DNA of 64,000 nucleotides from Azolla caroliniana (lineage: Eukaryota; Plantae; Polypodiophyta). The stretch is taken from the NCBI GenBank assembly GCA_043228905.1, contig JBHGNT010000011.1, forward strand, positions 18,724,001 through 18,788,000, written 5' to 3'. This document shows, piece after piece, positions 53,528-64,000 of the stretch (the stretch's first letter is position 1; each line of letters begins with the position of its first letter). The translations under genes were made by a program, and so were the position numbers. The notes below the pieces were generated by a model. It was given only the letters and a program-made list of their open reading frames with translations. It ran no database searches and had not been told where the DNA came from.

Positions 53528-53734
53528 ACACTTATTAATTTAGTAACTAGTGTGTCAAAGAACCTTAAAGTTCTATTACACATATTCAGTGTAGTTAAGT
53601 CTCTACCTCTCTTTAATAAGTGGTGGTTGTATAGAGAGAAGGTGACTATATAAGCACCTTTCTCACCCTCTTTGTATTAGTTGGTTCATTCTTGTTCTTG
53701 TTAATATAGTTTTTCTTGTTTTCTGTATAACTAT

Positions 53735-53770
<36 letters not shown>

Positions 53771-53781
53771 TCTCTCCCTCT

Positions 53782-53827
<46 letters not shown>

Positions 53828-53868
53828 ACACCTTCCGCTGCACACAAAATCATATCTGATTCTTTACG
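53528..53868 (+). repeat. 3' LTR of the copia element (5' tip and PPT missing)
   Basis: cacttattaat.tagtaactagtgtgtca...cacacaaaatcatatct.attctttac matches the 5' LTR; the internal CT/CA tracts are longer. Confidence 0.85.
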
Positions 53869-55554
53869 GTGAGTTTATGGAGGTTTTTCCATGTTTTTAG
53901 GTGATACAAAATTACATGTGTAAAGATGCAACAAACATTAAGTTGCCTATTGGTTCATTCTCCAAATTTGGAAATAGAAACATGTAAACTCAAGAAAATT
54001 GGTCAGTGTACTTCTATTGACCCACAATATACCAATGCACGTACCAAGTCAACACATGCAAGATTCCCAACAAATGGTAATGCTTGATTAAGTCAATGAT
54101 GGCATGGGCTCTATTTATAAGTCTCCCCGAATGTCTACATTATATCTTACCAACTTTGAACCAACACTTTCCCTCATTGAGGTCTTCATAATTAACTGTA
54201 AAAGTGTAGTTTAGCCAATATACTTGATGCTTGATGTTCCATGAAACGTGTGTGTCAATATTTAACACCGTTTGCCTCGATCCCGTTGTATGTGAACGCA
54301 TTGAGACAACAATGAATTTGATTATTAACTACTCTTGCCCAATTTCTATGATTTATTCAATGCTGATCTCCACTTGCATTAATGGATTTAGAGATATCTT
54401 TCTCGAGATGTCTTATTTCTAAGCTTATGGGCCAATTCTAACGCTAATTTTAATGGGTTAAGGGTAGGATAGTTGGGAAACGCATACTGTCTTATGACAC
54501 GTGGGAACACCCGATGGTCTGGGAGCCTTAGGTGTTGGGTTATATAAACGAGACTAGCTAGCCCCTTCATTGCAACATATTGAGACACGATTATGATTCT
54601 ATTGGTGAGGCTAATCTCTCTCTTCTTTCATATATATTATCGAACTACCAAAGTATAGTGTTGAGTGTGTAAACATATCAAGCGCCATAAAGGGTAACAT
54701 TAGGTACAAAATATAGAGAATAAATGCTCCTTAAATATGGAGATTTCTATTTTAAGACGAAATCAATTGTTGGTTAGTCAATCATTGTTTAGATAATTAA
54801 AGTTGCATCCTGAGATGGTGACCCACCAACCATATTTCAATATATATGCACATAATAGAAATATATTTTAATGGTTTAAGTGCTTTGAGTTCATTGTGTG
54901 GCAATCGATGTAATGTTTAGGTTGTTTATGTATGATCATCGTGGTAAATCAATCTATGTTTGTTAATGAAACAAACATGATATGCCCACCTTAGAATCAT
55001 AATATTGGAAGCAAGAGCAAGCATGGGTGATTAGTAAATCTACAACCCCTTGCAACCTACCCATACATTATAACATTTAGATAATTTAAATATAATTGTC
55101 TTGTTATTATGCTTTGCAAGAGAAAAGGAACAAGACAAGCGGTGAAACGTCAACATACACAAGGTGAGACTCACATAATCTATCTAAGAAGTGCCAATAC
55201 CAAACTTGACTAATGCAATTACTACCAATTAAGAAAAGGTGTGAGTGACGAACTTCAAGAGTTTCACCTCCAAAAAGAGAAGGGTCCCAATGTTGGCACT
55301 AGAGAGAGCTCTCGCTCATGTGAGATGCCATTTTGGGCAATGATGACGACAAAACATTTGACCCACCCAAACAAAACCTTCTTCCCATACAAGATATATC
55401 TAGTATAGACTTATAGAGGGAGCCATAAGGTGAACGCCTTCGTAGTAAACACATCCCCTCTCACCAAGTAGTCATGACTTGCAATAGGGAAAGAGGGCAA
55501 ATTCAATTGGTTAAACCTTAAATCAAACTAAACAATGGATTGCATAACTTAAAC

Positions 55555-56189
55555 GGAAACTCAAAAACATTGTTTATGGGAATGCATTGATTCTCAACAG
55601 ATATGGCAACGGCTCCTTAGAATTTTCGCTAATTATTTTCCCCCGTTGGTTCTCACTTGGGGCATGGTCGTTTGGACATCACTTGCCCGTGATGTGTTCC
55701 ATTATGGCATCGAATCTATGGACCATGGGTTTTACACTAAAAATGGAAGTGTTCGTACATTATCACTGATGTCATTACAGTTTTTAGGAGTAAGGAAGGA
55801 AGTTCAGCCAATATGGGAGATATTGAGTAGTACCACTGTCTATCACATTTGGAAAGCTCGGTGTTCTCTCGTTTTCCATAATCTGAAAACACCACCTGCT
55901 GAAGTGATTTCAAATATTTGGTTAGAGATAGTTCATGCTTTGAAGGGTCAATGGGATGGTATAGTGGGAGATTCTGATGCTAAAATTGCTCAACGGCATG
56001 AGTTTCTTATTATCTGGACAACTACTCCATTTGTGACATCCAGGTACACTACTCCTTATTGGCATTTTCAGCCACCGAAATGGTTGTTTCCCCCACCGAT
56101 TACATAGAGGTTTAAAATCTTGTAATTTGTTTATACTAATGACAGGATATCTTCTTTAAAAATAATAATAAAAAAAAAAAAAAAAAAAA
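55555..56189 (+). mobile_element. 5'-truncated LINE insertion with poly(A) tail and 9-bp TSD
   Basis: Open frame 55556-56107 (ETQKHCLWEC zinc-finger half, HIWKARCSLVF), short 3' UTR and ~21 A. aacttaaac lies at 55546-55554 and 56190-56198. Confidence 0.88.
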
Positions 56190-57818
56190 AACTTAAACAT
56201 AAAGGCACTTACCTATAGGAGATCCATCACCTTACAAAGTGGATAATTGAGGAATGTACGTGGAGGTTGAGCAAACATTTAGCCGATGCCTCCAACAATG
56301 ACCACACTAGGATTTAAAAATTTTATACATTTTTTTGTACTCCACTTATTACAATAGTAGGAGAATGTAAATATGTTTCTTTCTAAACTGCAATTATATG
56401 TTTGGTCTCCACTATAACTTGTTATATGCTCGTTTTGTTGATCTAACTCTTTGGGGGCACATCTTTGATGATTAGTCACCTGACTCAATATGGAGCCTTA
56501 CTTGTACCTTCTTGGAAATTGGCTCTACTTTTATTATGAATGAGGGTGTACGTGACTAGTGGTATTATGGTATAATGGTGGTCATATGAGCATAAAATAT
56601 CAAGCAAGGATGGGTTACGAATGCATTCGCCTCTTACCTCCCTCTTGAATACCTTCAATTTATAATGATGGAAACTTACTGTCCAAAGAACAATTTGCAA
56701 TCAAACTAAAACCTACACGTTCTTTAAGTTCACAACTTCCATAAAATTATGTCAACATATGCTTGCACCAATACACAACATATCTTTCCCATATAAATAG
56801 ATTAACAAGAAGGGAAACCATATGCATTGCAATTGTATTGTTAAACGCTACCACACAATGGATTTGATTTACCACTGAGATTTAAATACACAATATCCTT
56901 CCCCACCAGATGGGTAAACAAGATTGAAGAAGGGCACATGGACAATCATATATGTCGCTTGAATAATTACAAAACATATATCTTTCCAAAACAAATAGAT
57001 AAACAAAAAGGGCAACAATACACATCAAAATTTATCTTTATAAGGAACAGAGAAAGGATTTTTCCAATCAGATCTAAATACAATATGTATTTCCCAAGCA
57101 GATGGATCGACAAAATGGTCAATCATATCCATGTCAATTACAACAGTGTAAGAAACCAAAGCAATGGATGTCACAATTTGCTCAACACGTTAGTTAAGAA
57201 TGTTTCATTCAAGTTAATCTTGCTATTTTCCTCTTATAGTCACACAAACCATTTGATGCTAGGTATGATCTCAAATAAAACAACAAACAAGAGTGTAATT
57301 GAATACCTTTCAGATTCCAAGGGGATATATTGTAACAAGTATTTACTTACAGAGTGTATGAGGCCTTTCAGAGCATTACAAGAATTAAGTGAAGTTAGAT
57401 GCCTAAGGAGGAATTCCTAATCAGGTTATGGTTTCACAAGTTGTAAGGAGAAGTAGCAACACTGGATCCCAGTGCTTATACTGCAACAGAGAGAAGCCAC
57501 AGCTCCATCTTCTAATAACCAATTTATGTTCCTTGAATGAATATGTAAAATCTGAATAAATCCTACAATGTGTACAGAATAATAGTCAGATGTTCTCCAG
57601 TAGCATTCTTGTTAGAGGAAGCACATAATTTCCAGTTGAGAAAACGTCATTCCACAAGAGCTTTATCTGTTGAGAAGAGTGGTTCCACGAGCACTTTACT
57701 CTTGAAAAACAGTACCTTACAGAAAAGTGCTTCCATATATTGAGAAGAATACTTCAAGGAGTACCTGCAATTACTTTTTAGGACCAAGACCAAGTTTGCT
57801 AGCATTCCCTCTTTTCGT

Positions 57819-60286
57819 TTATGGGAAGTTGAACACTTCCTTTTCCGAAGCTTTATTGCTCTGCTGGTGTAATGGCACACCAAACAAACTAGGAGAAGAG
57901 AGAGACCCATTACAGGGTTTATAATCTCTCATCCTATCTACAGAAGTGAAGGATAATAGCTGTTTTTTTCTTCCAATGGATGAAGAAGAATGAGAAATTT
58001 CGGATTCAGAGCGCCGGCCTGATGTGGATGTATGGCATTCTTCAGTATTAGTGCCTCTTTCAGAATCCATTTCCATTCTCCCACCATCATCCTCTGCTTT
58101 TTCCTCTTCTTCTTCTCTATTGATCCTGTCTTTATTGCGTCGACAAACTTCAGTCATATCTGTCCCTTCCTTTAAGCTCCTTAAAGTGTGGACAGCGAAT
58201 ATGGTCTCAAACAAGTAGCTATCTGACGCATTCCTTAGGAACTGACTCAGCCCTTCAACAGAATTGAAACCTTGACTTTTGTCACTGACGTTATTCTGTA
58301 TGAACAAAAGCAAATCGCTGCACAACCTTCGCATGGAGGCTAGCTCTGAGACAAGAATACCATTTTCTTGCTTCAACCGTTCCATCTCACCTATTTGTTT
58401 CAAGTTACGTGGGCTTGTGTTGTGTTGAGGTGATGAGCTCGAAGATATGGCATAGTCCTCACTCGAATTAACAGGTGATGGAGGAGTCTTTGATGGTAAA
58501 GCAGTTGAGAACGGAACGAAAGATGTTGCCTGATGCTGATGCTGAAGGGGCGGAGATGAAGCAATGACAGGTTGTTGCTGATGAGAGATCTTCCGTCGCT
58601 GAATACCTGTGAGTAGATGCTTATGGCCCCTCTTGAAGAATTCATTTGCAAACTCCCATCTGTCTTGCACAATCTTTCTGAAACCCTGGTAAGGGTCATA
58701 GCATAACAAAAAACTCAAGAAAAACAAAAGGAAACCTTAAGCCCATCAATGGCATAACATAATATCAAAATAAAACCCCAAGCAATATCAAACTCCGGCT
58801 TTAAAGGAAACCAGAATAGGGGAAAAAATGGACACATTTTGAGACCAGTATAGATGAATCCTATGCGCAGTTCAATCCACTATAGATAGAACCTTAAACA
58901 GATCAGTGCATTCCAGTATAAATTGACACCCTAATCAGATCACATTTATGCACTCTCCAATTTCAACAATAAAAGAAACCTTTAAGAATGCCAATACAAT
59001 CTTTAATATTATTCAGCTACAAAAAGGCACCGGAGTTAGATTAAGGCAACTCTAATCTCCAGCGCAGAAAGACAACCTAGGGCCTAACTGGATGAATGCA
59101 CTATTTCATCTACACTGCAGTATAGAATTCCTGACCAGATCAAATGGGTACATAAAAAAGAAACTCTACGTCTATTTAAACTACACTGCAGTATAGAATT
59201 CCTAAGCAGATATACATGGGTACATAAAAAAGAAACTCTACTTGTGTCAAAGACCACATGGAGAGACCACTGCCAAAAGAAGCACTACTAGTCAGATCAA
59301 TGCCTTCTTTACACTCCAGTTTTGAAGGAAACCCTAACCATGTCAAATACCTAGAAACAGAACCATTAGAAACAACCGGGAAGATGAATTGCTGCATAAA
59401 AAGATCAATATTACATCAAAGAACAGGTTTGCAACACGAGGTATTAAATTAAAACACATTCAGATAATTATTTTCGTCAATCAAAACTCTAGTGAAGCAG
59501 ATCAAAGGTTATACCACCCTTAATGAATTACAGGGCACTATGTTTTTGTGTAATGAATGGTACAAAAAAACATTATTACAGAGAACTATCGGCGAGAACA
59601 AGCCAGAATTAGAGAATGTTACATATAATAAGCTTATAAATTAAACCAAACTGTAAGCAAGAGCAAGAAACCCTATTCAAGGGGGTAGATCAGAAGGCGA
59701 CAAAAACATTATTAAGCATCAAACAATATCCAATAACAAAAGCGTGGAGAAAAAAGAAGAGAAGGAAGAAAGAGATATGTACATAGGTGTTAAGCTGCCG
59801 AACAAAGCTGGAGAAATTGTTGTGCTTGAAATGGGAGGGGAGGAGATCACGCGCAAACTCGGGTGGCTGCCACACGATGAAAGCAGTACCATTGCAACTC
59901 CAGGAGATGACGCCGTCTGTGGAAGGGTCGTCCACAAGTTTGAATGTCTTGGTAAGAAACGGCGGTGGCAGAGAGTGCTTGAACCGCCCAAAAATGCTCT
60001 GGGTATTGGTATTGTTGTGGTTATTGGCTGGGGGCGGCGGCTGCAGCTGCGGCTGCGGCTGTGGAGGCAGAAGACCATGAACAACAAGAGCTTTACAGTC
60101 TGATACTCCCACTCCTCTTCCTGCTTTCTCCTCCTCGCCTTCTTCCACTTCCACTTCCTCTTCCTCTTCCTCCTCGTCTTCTTCTTCTTCCTCTTCCTCT
60201 TCCTCTTCCTCTTCCGCTAAGGCTTCTTCTTTCGGAAGAGGAAGAGGAAGAAGACTTTTTTCTTCGATCCTCTTCCTGCTTTCCAT
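57819..60286 (-). CDS. HsfB: Heat shock transcription factor, class B, ~456 aa; exons 60286-59783, 58685-57819
   Basis: [18 protein letters not shown]...[16 protein letters not shown]|[20 protein letters not shown] with the conserved intron position. Compact [30 protein letters not shown] and the LFGV repressor motif (SLFGVPL). Confidence 0.93.
59110..59240. repeat. Tandem duplication, 71-bp period, in the HSF intron
   Basis: ctacactgcagtatagaattcct....agat....atgggtacataaaaaagaaactctac starts at 59110 and 59181. Confidence 0.88.
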
Positions 60287-60569
60287 ACTAGCGTGTCCCT
60301 CCCTCAGAGAACAGAGGAAACCCAATTGTTGCAACAGAGAGCTTCAGCCGTCTCTGTGTCTCTGTCTCTCCTTCTGTGTGTGTGTGTGTGTGTGTGTGTG
60401 TTTCGGATTTTGGATCTATCTAGAAGGAATGCAGATGCTTCTGAGAAGAAGAAAATTGATGTCCTTTCTCTCCTCCTTTTTGCCTTCTTCTTCTTCTTCT
60501 TCTTCTTCTCTTCTTCTTCTTCTTCTTCTGCCTTCTCCTGTAGGAGAGTGGACTTGTCATGGTTGCTTT

Positions 60570-60658
60570 CCTACATACATACATACATACATATACATAC
60601 ATACACATACATACATGATACATACATACATACATACATACATACATACATACATACA

Positions 60659-60689
<31 letters not shown>

Positions 60690-60782
60690 GTACATGATAC
60701 ATACATACATGATACATACTGATACATACATAGATACATACAACATACATACATATCCACATACACATCCGCATACACACTC
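60570..60782. repeat. (CATA)n microsatellite upstream of HsfB
   Basis: Direct reading. Confidence 0.9.
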
Positions 60783-60792
60783 ACCGACCTTT

Positions 60793-61540
60793 GTCACGTC
60801 TAACCCTGCCATTGTAATTTCTAACCTGGACCAATGTTTATAACCTGACCCATGGTTTTTCTAACCTCACCAATGGATTGGCCAACCAAGGCCAATCTTG
60901 CCACGGAATTTCTAACTGAGCCACATCCATGCTAACCCGGTAGAGGTCGTTATTGACCCGTCTAGTTGTTCACTATTAACCAGGTGTCGCGTAAATGCGT
61001 GTGAGTGCGGCAATTGAGCAGGAGTTGGGACCATGGGGGGTCTTGGACCAGGGAGTTGAAAAAATGGAGGAGACAAGAGAGGAGTAAGTCGAAGAATGGC
61101 TAGTCGAAGAAAAGAAACGACTAGTCGAAGAAACAATTAGTCATATGCTCCTTGGTCAAAGAAACCTTAGTTGAAGGCTCCTTAGTCGAAGAAACCTTGG
61201 GCACAAGAAAAACAAGGTTAAAGATGCACAAAAAGAAGCAAACACTCGCGGAACACGAAATCATGGGGGTTTGCCGATGTGAACTAGATTGACTTGGGCA
61301 CTTACACAAGAGAGCTTAATCACGTGATTAAGCCGATGAGCACGAGTTTATGGCAAAATGGCCTTGTATTAAGATTGATCAAGAACCCTTTATAGACTGG
61401 GTTTTACAAGTTACGATGGGGGGAGAGGTTACAATGGTGGCAACCTCAAGTTAACCAAGTGCTCAAGCAAGAGATAGAAAATGATAGGAGTGAAGCTTCC
61501 GATGTAACCAAGTCGAGTGGCCGTCAAGACCGCAACTACC
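60793..61540. mobile_element. Possible LTR-retrotransposon remnant upstream of HsfB
   Basis: Abrupt compositional change starting TGTCACG, short repeats ttctaacct and tagtcgaagaaa, and a minus-strand TATAAAAG near 61390. No boundaries or TSD confirmed. Confidence 0.25.
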
Positions 61541-62029
61541 CCCCCCCCCCCCCCCCCCCCCCTCTCTCTCTCTCTATATATATATATATATCACATGTCC
61601 TGAAATTATACATGTTTCCACATAAGTCATCATGAGCAAACACAAACCAACAAGAGAGATCTTATTGAGGTTCCATGTTGTTAACTTTTTTCTCTAATTG
61701 CCTCAAAATCAAAGATTATTTGGTTTTTGTTGTACCTCCAACTACCACCTCAAGACCTTGAGAATGAGCCACACAATTGGCTAGATCAATCCAGACATAT
61801 TTACTAGCATCTCAACTTCTTGTTTCTCATGAATTCTACTTTTGTGTCTCTTTGACACCAAAACATTGTTCCTTGCGGCATATTGAGGTAGCCTTGTGCA
61901 TGAAATTCCACATCATCTTCATCAAAGGATGCACACTAATATTCTAAAATCTTGACAATATAATGGTTAGATCTAGCAACTCTAAGTCACCATCAACTAA
62001 TACTTCTCTCAAGATATCAAAGTATTATT

Positions 62030-62260
62030 TGTTGGGAAAACATGTCCCTCCGGATGGCAAGGAGAGCACGAGCCGGATCAGTCGGATCCGAAGGAAACGA
62101 GAGACCGGATCCGGATCCAGATCAGTGTCCGGATAGGCATCCGAAAAAGGACACATATGTAAATAAGTTTTGTGATGCACCTATTTAGGCTAGAGTTGTA
62201 AATAGTCCTAAAGTTATATTCGTATAAATATAACTAGGGAAAAACATTAGAAGCGTGTGT

Positions 62261-62298
<38 letters not shown>

Positions 62299-64000
62299 CA
62301 TAGCATCTCTGTTGTAACCGGCTACAGGCGAAGAAGAGGAGCTCGTAGGCAATGTTGAGGTCATTGCCTATGAGGCTCAGTGTATATCTCTCATAGTGAA
62401 TTGTTCGGAGTCTTTGGGCTCTCGTGGTTTTTACCCGTTTGGGGTTTTCCACGTTAACATATGGTGTCTCCGTGTAAGTAAATATTTTTCTGATTTTCTA
62501 TTTCCTCTCCCTTGTGTGTGAATATTTCTCAGATACGACGATGACAAATTTGTCTATTAGCTATGGGGCTTAGCCGAGAAGAAAGTGATTCGGAGCCAAA
62601 ACATTGTCTTTATGGAAGAAAAGACAATTGTCGACTAGGAGAAAGAGAAGTCGAATACATACTCTCGACCAGTCGGAAGTCGAGCACTGACTGAAGTACA
62701 AGGGGCGTCGACCAAATTTGGACCGAGAGTCGGATCAGTCAAAGGCTGATCGGGAGTCGGTCGTGTAGAGAATCGACAAAGTCAAGAGCCAACTGAGGAA
62801 CAAGGGGAACCAGTCGAAAGAAGACCATCGACCGAACATGGATCTGAATCCGACTCGGATGAAGAGCCAACCGAAGAAGTAGAACAGGAGCTGACTGCGT
62901 CGAATGGAGGTAGAAGATACTCTTGAAGAGAGAGGAGAGCCCCATGCAGATTTCCTGATAAAGAGTATGTACTACTAACCGACGAGGGGGAGCTGGAAAG
63001 CTTCGAAGCAAAGAGGGATACCCACAACCTAGATTGGTCAAGTGCCATGCAAGACGAAATGGATTCCTTGAATGAGAACCACACGTATGAACTGACTGAG
63101 CTGCCGAAAGGAAATAAGGCACTCCGGAACAAGTGGGTATACAAGTTGAAACCGGGAGATGGCGGGAATCCACCTAGATACAAAGCCTAAATTGTCGTAA
63201 AAGACTATCAACAGAAGAAGGGTGTAGATTTCGATGAAATATTTGCCCCGGTAGTGAAGATGACATCCATCTGGACAATCTTGAACATAGCGGTCGGCAT
63301 GGACCTTGAAGTCGAGCAACTAGATGTGAACACGACCATTCTGCATGGAGACCTCGAGGAAGAAATCTATATGCAACAACTGGAAAGATTCGCCCAAAAA
63401 GTGATGGAGAACCTGCCGGTTGAAGAAGAGCCTTTAAGGACTGAAGCAGGCTCCCCGACAATGGTACCGAAAGTTCGAATCCTTCATGGCCGGCCAAGGA
63501 TACCACAAGATGTAGGTCGACCATTGCGTGTTAGTGATGCAGTTCGATGGAGGAGACTTCCTAATCCTTGTGTTGTATGTAGATGACATGTTGATAGTCA
63601 GACGGGACCGTGTCAAGATCGGAAGCCTAAAGAGAGATCTGAGCAAGTCGTTCACGACGAAGGATATGGGTTTGACGAAGCAAATCGTAGGGATGCACAT
63701 AGTCCAAGACAGAACAAAGAAGTTGTTGTGGTTGTCATAGGAAAAGTAAGTGACAAAAGTGCTCCAAAGATTCAACATGGAAAGCTCAAAGCTAGTCGGT
63801 TTGACACTTTCGATGAACAATAAGCTATCCAGAAGACAAAGTCGGAGAAATTTGAGATGATGAAGGTACCCTATGCCTTAGCGGTTGGAAGCCTAATGTA
63901 TACAATGGTTTGTACCAGGCCGGACATTGGATATGTTGTCGAAGGCATCAGCTGATTCATGAGCAATTCGGGCAAAGAACACTGGGAAGCAATCAAATAA
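62030..64000 (+). mobile_element. Internally deleted Tnt1-like Ty1/copia element (LTR joined to integrase C-terminus and RT); runs off the window
   Basis: LTR TGTTGGGAAAACATGTCCCTCCGGATG... to ~62500, then KKVIRSQNIVFMEE, AMQDEMDSLNENHTYEL, GVDFDEIFAPVVKMTSI, EQLDVNTTILHGDLEEEIYM, LVLYVDDMLI, PYALAVGSLMY. Stops and frameshifts present; no PBS or gag visible. Confidence 0.88.

Larger units (their letters stand above)
48136..53868 (+). mobile_element. Ty1/copia LTR retrotransposon, full length but degenerate
   Basis: Paired LTRs and PBS. gag knuckle CGYCGKFGHHEAEC (~49396); protease site degenerated to YSGASNHM; integrase YYVTFIDDFSRHTWIY and HTPQQNGVAERKNRH, QKGYKCF; RT DYEETFAPVAKM, HQMDVKNAFLQG, IYVDDL; RNaseH RTKHIEVHYHFIRE. 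Many stops and frameshifts. Confidence 0.93.

Noticed and set aside
7581-60286. Functional gene cluster of SHMT, BES1, Twinkle and HsfB
   Set aside because: Unrelated pathways, separated by TE-rich spacers, with no shared regulatory signature visible.

Overview
Eukaryotic, intron-rich, repeat-rich land-plant genomic DNA. The abundant TATG/CA/CT microsatellites and the TE content suggest a large-genome plant such as a fern, but this is inference. Four host genes could be assembled exon by exon with GT-AG junctions and continuous frames: a cytosolic-type serine hydroxymethyltransferase (7581-10695, +), a BES1/BZR1-family transcription factor (21380-22865, +), a 22-exon organellar Twinkle primase-helicase (47503-35908, -) and a class B heat-shock factor (60286-57819, -). 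Mobile DNA includes a near-complete L1-like LINE at the left edge, a degenerate Ty1/copia carrying a nested hAT-like non-autonomous element, and a solo LTR with a perfect TSD plus an internally deleted Tnt1-like copia of the same LTR family. There is also a young 5'-truncated LINE with poly(A) and TSD, and a PPR gene fragment. The most notable signals are short local tandem duplications that remodel gene structure: a duplicated 120-nt coding exon and a newly created 16-nt micro-exon in Twinkle, and duplicated stop-containing cryptic exons in the HSF DNA-binding-domain intron. No CRISPR array, rRNA or intact tRNA was seen, and I found no evidence for a wholly new multi-gene system.
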